A stretch of DNA of 64,000 bases from Lytechinus pictus (lineage: Eukaryota): contig NC_087251.1 of assembly GCF_037042905.1 (NCBI RefSeq), positions 39,620,001 to 39,684,000 of the forward strand, read 5' to 3'. Position 1 is the first letter of the stretch. Each line of letters opens with the position of its first letter. The notes under the pieces were generated by a model, which was not told the DNA's origin, searched no databases, and was given only the letters and a program-made list of their open reading frames with translations. Positions 37,501 to 49,500 of this stretch are shown here, one piece after another. A program made the position numbers and the translations under genes.

Positions 37501-40500
37501 GGCAAAATTAACAAAAAAGTAAGTTTTTAAATATGAAAAAAAGAATTTTGAATTCTTAGATATCTAGCTCTCTCTCTGTTTTGTTTTTAGGTCCTCTCTA
37601 AAATGTCATTTGAACACTTATCTTAATTAGACCTCTTAATAATTAGTCATTACTTATCAGAAAACTACAGACATGCAAGACAAATTCAAAGGGTGCAAAA
37701 AGTTTTTAAGGCTGATAAAGAGGGACAGTGAATCCAGTCAATGGGACATCAACTGCCCTGGTATTCTAATTGTACTTAAAGGGATGGTCCGGGCTGAAAA
37801 TATTTATATCTTAATACATAGAGTAGAATTCACTGAGCAAAATGCCGAAAATTTCATCAAAATCCGATAACAAATAATAAAGTTATTGAAGTTTAAAGTT
37901 TAGCTATATTTTGTGAAAACAGTCATCATGAATATTCATTAGGTGGGCTGATGATGTCACATCTCCACTTTCCGTTTTCTTATGTTACATAAAATCATAA
38001 TTTTTTCATTATTTCATACTTTTTAAATTAATATGTCTCCCTTATAATGAAATAAGTTGCAGCAATAAATATATAATGCACTAAATCTGTTGTCATTCCA
38101 ATTTTTCTACTTCTTGGAGGAAAAAATTTGAATAAACCTAATTTCGTATAATAAAATACAAAAGAACAAGTGGGGAAGTGACATCATCAGCCCACCTAAT
38201 GAATATTCATGACGACTGTTTTCCCCAAATATTGCTACACTTTAAAATTCAATAACTTTGTTATTTGTTATCCGATTTTGATGAAATTTTCGGCATTTTG
38301 CTCAGTGAATTCTACTCTATTTATTAAGCTATAAATACTTTCAGCTCGGACTATCCCTTTAAAAAAAGAAGGTACATGTAAATAAAGGGGAAAATGTTTT
38401 ATACATGTATTTCAATTTCACAAAGCCAACATTGCTTCCACTGAATTGCATAATACAGGTGAGACTGTCATGGGCATTCCACTCAGGGTTGAAAAGACAT
38501 CCCGATGCAGTTGCTTTTACACTGTAAACAGATATCCTTGACTGTCGTAGATGAAAACAAGTATTTTTCTTTTATTTTGGACAAATGAACATGCATGCAG
38601 AACCACAGGTTGTTTATAGGAAAGGCCTGAGGCTCAGAGACCATTACCAAATCTGTTAAAAAGTTGGTAGACTGATAATTATTTCTTTTTAACAGTTCTG
38701 GTAAATACAGATAGCAAGGTCACTGGCATACAGTGTATTACAGAGTGGTGTGTCTTATGTATGGAGACTTTGGCATATTTCACTGTTTTCTATTAGTCTG
38801 ATATTTTATAATCATTTTTTATCTATTCAGGGGCTCTATTTTCTGAATTTGTTTTGGCTGTTTTATTGTACTTTGGGCTTTCACAAGTGGTTGTGTTGCT
38901 ATTTGTGACCCTTCTGATGATGTGCAAAAGTACGTGTATAACCAGATGATTGCATTGGTCACATTTGTGAAAAAAAAAGGGGGGGGGGGACTAATGATAA
39001 TAATAATAATAACGGTATATTTACCCAGGGTAGCCACTTCAGTTCCGAAAACTGTTCTCCCAGCGGGCCCTGCTATTATTATTACCCAACTAAGCTAGGC
39101 TACCGATTCAGATGCACACAGCTTTTTGAGGAATTATTTCCTGCCAGTACCCATTTACCTCACCTGGGTTGAGTGCAGCACAATGTGGATAAATTTCTTG
39201 CTGAAGGAAACACGCCATGGCTAGGATTTGAACCCACGACCCTCTGTTTGAAAGGCGAGAGTCAGAACCACTAGACCACGACGCGCCCACACTAGACCAC
39301 AACGCGCCCACTTATTTATGATTTTTAGTGGACGACATTAACATGTTTACATCAGTGTGATGAAGGGTGACTGGATAAATTTACATATTTTGTAACATTC
39401 AATTCAAGTCTTGTTTTGTGTAAAAGATGACTTATGAGCATAAAATAAATGGAATGTTATGGTATGCCTTATATTGTGTCTTGTGTAAGGTAGGAATGTC
39501 CTTAATAGCCTTGCACAATATCACACAATAACTCAAGCTATTTTAAATACACTTGACATAAACGACATTGATCATCCTTAATTATAATTTATTTCCTGCA
39601 CAAGCTGACTTTACGATGCCCGTAGGGTGCAGATTCTTTCCATTGTTAGAGTTCAGAATCATCTTGTCTGAATCTTTTGATGGATATTTGGTCCTCAAAC
39701 CATTGAATTTCTGAACCCATTTTATTGTGGACCATTGCTGTTATGGTCCAGTTGTCTTGCCTTTTGAATGGGAAACTGTTTAGACACCAAGTCTCTCATT
39801 TAGTACCCATCCTTGATCATGTTTTCATGAACTATTTAGCCTTTCTGAACCTGCCTGTCTGCCTTCTTTATCTGACTTGTTTTTATGAATATCATTTTAA
39901 AACCTCTATATTCAATGAGGCGTTTCAGCCCTTTAAGCCTCTGACTTTTTGAACTACCTTGATTGTAGACCATAACAAATACCAAATTGTTGTTCTGTCA
40001 CCCTTCAGAAAGAAAATTGTTTTTCTGTCACAAACACCCCTTGGAAAGAAAATAGTCCTTGGTGAATCCTTTGGTGCAATTTTTTCTTTTAAGAACCAGT
40101 GACTTTCTGAACCTGCTTCATTCGGGACACTCATTTGCTCTCCGATAGGACACTCCGAGGATTGGTCTGTTATTCAAGATTATTGACTGCAATTTTTGTA
40201 GTCAAACCAAAGAAATATGTTGTCTTATACATGTAGATTCTAAGGATTGATTAGGCTTGATTTGGAATGATTTCCAGGATCCATTTCTGCTGGATGATTG
40301 TGTAGTAGATCTTTTTTTGGTGGATTTTGTAGGATTTTCTTTAAATTTCATGGTGCTCTTGTAAACAAGGTGAGTGATTTTCTGAATTTATGTTCTTTTG
40401 GACGAGTGACTTGTGATTAGGAGAATGATCATAAAGAATCTTCTGCCAGGGGCTCATCCGTAGAAAAAGTTGCAATCAAACACTAGTACTCCAAAAATCA

Positions 40501-43500
40501 AATGGGCAATTTCATAGGCTGGTGGACATGAGCTTAATGTGTCTTTGTACATATAGCCCATCTGAACCGTAACGTGAGTAACCACTTTATCTGCACCCCT
40601 AGTAAAAACCATGTGTTCTTTATTTTTCAATTATATACAAATTTGTCTCTCTAATATACTTCTTTGAAATGGATATAATCAACTTTCATAAAAGCCTTGC
40701 ATGAGGACACTTTTCACTTATGTCCACTTTTCATTTTATGCATGTCCAAATCATGTAACATGAGTAACCGACACATTTCAAAGATTTGCCAGGAGCATAA
40801 TGAAATTTCCCAAGTTTTGTTTTTATACAAAGGATAGTCAGACTGCGTACTATGCTGTGATAAAGAGCTGTTTAGTTCCTATCAATAATAATGGAGTTAC
40901 AGCTCCAAGTATGAGTCAAGGTGTCTCCAAATGTAACGTGAGTAACCGTGGAATAGCCCAAATGCAACTTAATTTTCAACCATTGAAACATGCATATTAA
41001 AGGGAATTGCCCTACGCTTTCTGCAAAGGGCCCCAGGTATTGATATCAGAGAGATCCATGTTCATCTTGAATAGAAGTGTGTGGGTATTGCGAGAAGATA
41101 CATGTAGATCATCATAAATATCAGCATTTTATCATTCATTCCCTCTGCCCTCCAGATGACCTGCGTTGGCTGTTGCTTGAACTTTTAACATATGGGGCAC
41201 ACATTATCAGAAGCCATGTATTGTGTTCCAAACTGTATCCATGAATGATTTGCTATGTTTATGATGTAGACACCTTTGGTATAAAGATGGAAATACCATT
41301 GCCACTTCCTATGGGAATTTTCACCACAGATGGACACAGAGGCAAAAAAATCAAGTTGATATTCATGTCAAATGCTTTATGTTTTTTAATAAAACAAGAC
41401 CTGAAGTTTCTGAGACAAAATTTTTTTCCGACTCTGGCAGCCATTTTTTTATTTCAAAATGGCTGCCAAAGTATGGATACAAATTAGTGTTGAAAATAGT
41501 ATATTGATACATATTTTGTTTTGACAGATTTTTAAAGAACAGGTTTGATCATGATGTTTTTGCCTGTGATTTAGCTTGCTATTATAACACTTTTTAAAAT
41601 CCCACAGAAAGAAACACCAGTAATTCATTCATCTGATAAAAAAACATTGATGAAGTATGTGATATGGTATGTAATGTCAGTTACCGAAAACATGAACTTT
41701 TTTTTCTCATTTCCTAGAAAAGAGGATATATTATATGAAACTTGGTAGATTTCCTCTCTAGGTAACACCCCTCCCTTCTACACCAAAATTAAAGATTACC
41801 AATTAACAATGAAGCCATAGGGTACCATTAAATATATGTAATGTCAGTTACCAAGATGTAATGTCAGTTACCATGATAAAACGTTGAAATGCAAATATGT
41901 GGTCAATTTTATGGTGAAGAAATATTGTATACTTGTTATTTAAGTCTTTCACTTAAAAAGTCACACCAGAAGGAGCTTGCTTTTGACTTTTAAAAGGTAT
42001 AGTTCACAAGAAATACTATATGAAATTATGAAGGAAGTTGCATTCCCATATTGCAAAAAAAAAATACTATGAAATTGTTTTGTACATGCACTTACCAAGT
42101 ACCTAATTGTTTGTATCAGACAATTTTTTGTTTGGTTTTTTTTTTTTTTGGGGGGGGGGGGGTAGGGGGTACTTTTCCCAACCTATTGCCTAAATCTGCA
42201 ACATTTTTTAAGCTTAACATTGTGATGAAGGGGATTTCCAGGGTCCCTTTTTTAGTTTCTAGGATTCTTTTGAGCATTGCCTTGCTAAAAGTAAATTCCT
42301 GGTTTTTATACCTGTTAGTAGTGTGGATGTGTGATACAATTTTGTGTTTGGTTTACAAGTATAGATGAAAAGTGAAATTTGACAGTTCTGATCAATGTTG
42401 CATGGATCTACTAAAACTTTTTTTTTTCTAATTTACAAATAGTTCAGTTTCAGTTTAGAAGCTGGAGTTTATTTTTTGTTGACAGCTTAAAAAAGAAATT
42501 AGCAAAGAAAATGATTAAACAAATTATGAAGAGAATTGAAATGCGACAGATATGAACAAGCATTGCTTGCACTGACCAGAATAGAAATCAATGAAACTTC
42601 ATGGCTGCATGAGCTTCGGGGGAGGGGTACGTGTAGGCTAGGGGAGGAGACCCTTATTCATTTTGCCTTTTTTGAGGGGAGGGGGAGGTTGGAGAAGGAA
42701 AAGGTTTAAAAAGTCAATATAAAACTGATGAATATATTATGGGTGCATAGTCCGAAAAATCCATGTGTACAGTCAATGCAATATTAAATTACTATAGGAA
42801 AACATGTAGCTGCTATGACCCAACCCCCCCCCCCCCCCGAGTAAGTAAAACATACATTTCTTATCTTTTGATAATTAAAAATGTGAAGTATTATGAAACT
42901 TTTATAATTTTAAAAAGCCTTACATATAAGTACCAAGAAAATTATGCCTTTGAAAATCATATAGCACTGGTCAATGTTAATGTGTATTGTCAGTTACCGA
43001 GAAGTAATGATAAAAATGTTCAAATTAAAGAAAGGAATTAAGAAAAAGAAAGTTTGTTCATTGAAATGTTCGTAGAAATTCGGGTATACTTCCACATCAA
43101 GCTCACTTTCATGTGAAGCCCTGCACAGAAGATACAATGCAATGATTCCACACATTTGACTTCCATGTGTTATCTCTATGGCAAATTAAGTGTAATGTCA
43201 GTTACCGTAATGTCAGTTACCAGCATGGTTGTGGAAAAATTATCATAGCCCCCAAAAGACAAAAACAAATTGTTTAATATTTTGACACATCTTAACCTAG
43301 TAACGGAGGTATATTTACATATTCAAATTATTACTCTATCTACTCAGGGACATGAGATATTTCAATTTTAATGAACACCCTGAAATTGCATGTCCTTTGC
43401 GTAATGTCAGTTACCGACACATTTTTGCTTGCTGATGCGTAAAAAAATGTGGTTACATAGGAAAACTTAGTATCAAGTATACAGCAAGGTTCACTTTATT

Positions 43501-46500
43501 AACTACATCAAAAGCAAACTCCCATCATTTGTTGTTTTAGAGATACACACAATGAAAGGTGTGAAAACATTGTGCCGTGTAATGTAAGTTACCGTGAAAA
43601 TGCCCCTATGCATGTGTGTGGAGAGATACCAACATTACTTTTTGGTTTGATGATGATTGTTTGATAGATCAATTTCTGAATATTGTTTGTTATTGCTGAG
43701 TTTGGGAACAGACAGGATGGATTGATGATGATGTGATCGTTGGTAGTTTTTATTTAAAAGATCAAAACTATTAGCTATTCCCATTCTCATATACATTTAG
43801 TCTAAGCTTTTGGAAATTAACTAAGCTTAAAATTAACACAAAATAAATATTTTTGAAAATACATGCTGAACATTGAGGCCAGACTCCTACTCCTACATGT
43901 ACCTTTCCCTTTTCATTTTTTTGTGATACCCTATGTTAATGAGAAGACTGATTGTAGAATCTAGACCATGCATTGGATCTGAGTACGTGGAGTTGCAGAC
44001 TGTTAAAACATTCATGGATCTATTTGGTTCATTTGTGTTTAAAAAGTAGAGAACATAGTTTTGAAATTGTACGTTCAAGCTTGTGTTGATTTGAAAATAC
44101 CTCATGTAAGACCTCAAGATTCGCTACACCATGGGTTCAGCCAAGTTCAAGGAGTTACTCTCCCTGTCTGTCAGCGAGAATACCTTCACACCTGGTTTCA
44201 AGTGTGACTTCATGACAGAGAGAGATTGGAGGGTGAGAAATGGAGTAAGAGGGAGGGAGAGAGATAGGGGTGGGAAGGGGGGGGGGATGGAGAGGGAAAG
44301 GGAGAGAAGTTCAAGGAGTTACTATCCCTGTCGTGCGTTTCAAGTGTGAATGGAAGAATGAAGGAGGGAGTGGGAGAGAGGGGGATGAAGGGGGAGGAGA
44401 GGAGTGAGGGAGAGAGATAGGGGAGGAGGGGGGGGGGGGGAGTTAGCGAGTGGAGAGTGAAGGGAGGGAGGGGGAAGAAGGTAAAAGGAGAGATGAAGAG
44501 GGAAGGAGAAAGGGAAAAGGAGGAGGTGATTGTGAGTGGAGGATTGTGGGAGTAGTGTGTGGGGGGGGGGGGGGAGAGGGGAGAGTACACATGTAGTAGG
44601 GATGGATTTCAAGGAAATAGAAAATGATAGATTAAGATAGATGATGAAATAAACTTAAAGAGGAGAGTGAATGATGGATTGGTAAGGGATGATCTTTTCA
44701 TTTCAACCGTATTATGTAGGCCTATATAAAAAACAAGGTATATTTCAAAGGTGAAGGAAGAGATTCATAAAAGTAAAGGTCATGTACAGTTTACACATAT
44801 ACAGTTTATACTATAAAAGTTGTCAAAATATCAAAATATGGTGGAAGCACGTTCTTCATGCTTTTATTGCAGACTGGTACATGTACAGTATAGCCCTACC
44901 CCGTATAAGCCTATATTATGGTAAAATCATTTCACACTTCAGATCATAAAGACTCTACAGGTAACAATGAATTGAAAAAGTTGCATAGTTGTACATTTCA
45001 TCCGGGGGTGGGGTGGGGGGCACTTCCATTGACGAGTGGATACCATGCGTGACCAAAAAAACATGTAAAAAGGATCTCTTTTTCAAGATAGGGCATGTTA
45101 TGTGTACGTAACGTGATAAGGGTGTCAAAAACACTAAAATAGTGAAAAAAGGGTATATTTCGCCAGGAAAATTACATGTTCACGGTCAAATTTACGAGGG
45201 TATAAAAAACTAAACTATATAGGATGTACTTTTTGCCCCAACACTACATGTTTAGGGTCCAATTTGAGCGAGGTGTGGGAGGTGGGGGTACGGGTACTAA
45301 ACCCAATGAAAGTAAAGGTAAAACCGACGTCCGTGATCATGTCTGTGACATAGCAATTAAGATATCGTTGTACTTGTTTAGGGGGTCAATTCAGGGAATA
45401 CTTGTCAAGGGGTACCGTTTTGTTTCCAATACTTGTTAAGGTAGGGTTTCACATGCCAATACTTGTTAAGGGGTGCATTTTCAGAACATGGAAAATATGT
45501 GTTTAGGGTGCTTTTCGAAACCCCATGGTCACGCATGGTATCCACTCATCAATGGAAGTGGCCCTGGGACATTTCACTTGACAACTCTAATACATACATG
45601 TACCAGTCACTACACTAATGGTAAACTTAGCCATTGAGCTCTCACTATCCTTTTCTTCAAAGTTACTCAAATACAATCTCTTTAAAAATTGTTATTGATC
45701 TCTGATCTTTTCTGATGGATTGAGACATGAATTTTGATATTGATTGTCATCTGTCCTATTGTTGCCAAGAAAGCATACAATACCCAAGCCCTACCCCCCC
45801 CCCCCCCATAGTAAACAGGAAGTTTTACACAAAATTTATTTGGAATTTGGCTTCTGCATATTCTGTACACAATCACAATGGCTTATTGTTTGATAAGATG
45901 CTATCATGGTCGTGAAAGAGAGAATTCTATCTCCGGAATACTGTTAAAGATATGAGGTTCCATTTGAGCCAGTTTATCAAAGAAGTACGACACTTTCGTA
46001 TTTGAAAGAAAATTATTGCTTGCTGAAGTAGATGTGGACATGGCAGTCTATGCACGTCTCCACAATAACTTTTTTTGCTTATGATTGGAATTTAGTTGCC
46101 TGAAAAAAAAAAAATATAAAAAATAAAGTAAAATTAAATAAAGCATTACACATTTTATTCGCATTGCCAATGCACCTGGCCTATGGGAGAATCTCTCTAT
46201 TGTGATCTGAACATCCAAACGCTCATAGCTTATTGTTTGTCCAGTTTTTCTCAAACTTTGATTTACAGAACAAGTATCTTGTTCTTTGATTTTTCTGTTT
46301 TCACACTTGTAGTTATCATTCTCAAAGGGAAGATGTACATGTACATGTATGTATCGACACAGGAACAAACTTTATAATATTCAAATCAACTTTGTTCAAA
46401 CAGAGGTACATGTACGTGGTGGGCCCCCATGTATCATAGTAAGAGGTTGTTTGTATCACCACTCTGCTGAGTATACTACTACACTCATGACTCCATAGTT

Positions 46501-49500
46501 CACCTCCGTTCCAAAAGAAAGAATACCTCTCTCCATTTCAAATTCAAAAGAGTGTTTTGTTGCCTGTACCAGGGGCCTGCTTTGGTTTTGGAGTGTGAAA
46601 CTGCAAATGATTATTGACATAAATGGATAGCTACTAGAGATGAATGTTTACAATCTTCAGGGCATGGTTCTCCCTAGCTTGATTTCACCCCATAGACATA
46701 AGATCTTGAAATGTAGAAATGCAGAGGATGGAAAGAACGTATGGATGGACGAAAGAAAGAAGTTAGAGGCAGACAGTGTTGGTTTCTGATCCTCTGAAAG
46801 CTGTCAGGGCGCAGCTTATTCGGTGTGGTGATGAGAAAAGGCATTTTTACTTTTAAGGTTCGAAAGCTTCAGAGAGCAATTATCGCATTCCCCGGAAAAG
46901 CCAAGTTAAGATTTTATGATACCTAAAAGAAGTGGCATTCATAAAACTTTTTTTTCTAAATAAATTATTTTTTAAATTTGTATTTCTGCTAAATCACAAG
47001 ATGACTTTTATATAAATTTTAATTCACTTCATGTTATAATGTACATATATTGTCAGGGATTAAATTGTTGTTTTCCCTGTTCCACGTTTGTTGCAAGCCT
47101 GTTCCTGTGCTTGTAAGGTATCTACATACTTGAAGAGAAGCTCAGTCTCTTGATTTTTTTTGGAAATGGATGAGCTAATAATGTACTTGTACATTTCTCG
47201 AAGCATATCAAGGGCAGGCTGCTGCACACTTTGTAGAGCTTCCCTTCAAAATGTGAACGGGGCCTTGCATGGCATTGTGGGTGATTGCGAGCCAGATCCA
47301 ATTTGAAAATAGATTTATCTTCCGTTGGAAGTTGCGTTGCACTCCCAACAGAGCCAAAGAGTTGATGATCAGGGACTCGTTTCACCCACTACCACCAACT
47401 CATTCTGACATCTGATATTCAAAACTGGAAAATATAGGTCCTGGTGATGTGACCCCTTCAGAAAATTGGCTGTGAATACCCCAGGAATTCTTTCATACAT
47501 CCCCCTTGTCAGAAATATTTTCTTCTCTCTCTTCATTTCCATTCAAAACTTGGCAGCATTAATGGAGATGATTGACTTCAGTATTTGCAGTCGACACAGA
47601 TTTTGACACCTTTTGTTCTGGATTCTGTAATTGATTGATCATCAAGTCTACGATTCCACCCAAAACATTCCCTCATTGACTAACATCACTGCAAGGCTCA
47701 TGAACTACATGTAGAATTCGTCGGCTTCCCGCAAGAAGGGACTAAGCAAAATGTACATTTTCGAGAAAACGCAAATTATGTTTTGACTTTCTTTTTGTGC
47801 TTTTAGCAGCTAGTGTATTATTTTCTGTCCTAATTCTCAAACTTTCTGACAAAGCAATATTTTTTCTTAATTGATGTAGAAAATACGCAATCCACTGATC
47901 AAGTTCCCAGAAAAAAGTCGCTAATGCGAATGCACATTACAGTTCCCGGGAAAAAGGCACTGCCTGAATCGGTCTATAGATGCGCCTAAGCACGTTGAAT
48001 GAAGACCTCTCTTTTTTTCCAGGAACGAAATGCACGATCCAGTTACTAGAAAAACGATGCATCTATGTGCGTAAAGCATGTTGGAATGTTTTTGCTTATT
48101 ACGTCATAATGACGTCACATTTACATGTAGGTTCGAGAATGGTACCAGAAGAAAGTTCATGACATGTTTTTGTCTCACCTGCATAGCAGAGTGAGACTAT
48201 AGGCGCCGCTTTTCCGACGGCGACGACGGCGGCGGCGGCGTCAACACCAAATCTTAACCTGAGGTTAAGTTTTTGAAATGACAGCATAACTTAGAAAGTA
48301 TATGGACCTCGTTCATGAAACTTGGCCATAAGGTTAATCAAGTATTACTGAACATCCTGCCTGAGTTTCATGTCACATGACCAAGGTCAAAGGTCATTTA
48401 GGGTCAATGAACTTAGACCATGTTGGGGGAATCAACATCAAAATCTTAACCTAAGGTTAAGTTTTTGAAATGTCATCATAACTTAGAAAATATATGGACC
48501 TAGTTCATGAAACTTATACATAAGGTTAATCAAGTATCACTGAACATCCTGCATGAGTTTCACATCACATGACCAAGGTCAAAGGTCATTTAGGGTCAAT
48601 GAACTTTGGCCGAATTGGGGGTATCTGTTGAATTACCATCATAACTTTGAAAGTTTATGGATCTGATTCATGAAACTTGGACATAATAGTAATCAAGTAT
48701 TACTGAACATCCTTTGCAAGTTTCAGGTCATATGATCAAGGTCAAAGGTCATTTAGGGTCAATGAACTTTGGCCAAATTGGGGTATTTGTTGAATTACAG
48801 CCATAAATTTGAAAGTGTGTTGGTCTAGTTCATAAAACTTGGACATAATAGTAATCAAGTATCACTGAACATCCTGTGCGAGTTTCAGGTCACATGATCA
48901 AGGTCAAAGGTCATGTAAGGTCAAAGAACTTTGGCCACGTTGGGGGTATTTGTTGAATTGCCATCATATCTCTATAAGTGTACATGTATTGGTCTAGTTC
49001 ATAAAACGTGGAAATAAGAGTAACCAAGTATCACTGAACATCTTGTGCGAGTTATAGTAGTTTTCAAAATCAGCACTGCTGCTATATTGAATCGCGTGAT
49101 GCAGTAGAGACGGCCAGAGGCATTCCACTTGTTTTCCATTTCAGCAATTGAAAAAAAAAAGATTTTTAAAAAGAAAATGTTGAGAAGTTTGTTCTTGCGG
49201 GAAGCCGACGAATTAGGTGTTAAGTCTTCTGATGTATCTTTACGCCATTTATCAGTCATGCTTTCTGAACATTCTTGAGGAAAAACATACAGATATATTC
49301 ATGAATAGTTTATTTTCCTCTTCTGAGCATTGAAATTCAAGCTAGAGTATAAATGTGACTATTTCCTAAGTCCTTTTAGAAGTTATGTTTCCCTATTGGA
49401 ATAATGTTTTATTACATATTGCTCTATTTTGGATTAAATTGATTCATGTCAAATTAATTCTAAGCAGTATAAACAAAAAGTTGTATTTTCACCTCGCCCT

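Noticed and set aside
39215..39288. tRNA gene on the minus strand
   Set aside because: A and B boxes are followed by a SINE body and (TAT)n tail; no clean cloverleaf or Pol III terminator
40569..43593. 15-bp repeats with unique spacers as a CRISPR-like array
   Set aside because: Repeat too short, spacers from 0 to over 1000 bp, eukaryotic intron, no cas genes
44210..44612. Proline-rich ORFs
   Set aside because: Translation of a polypurine/polypyrimidine low-complexity tract
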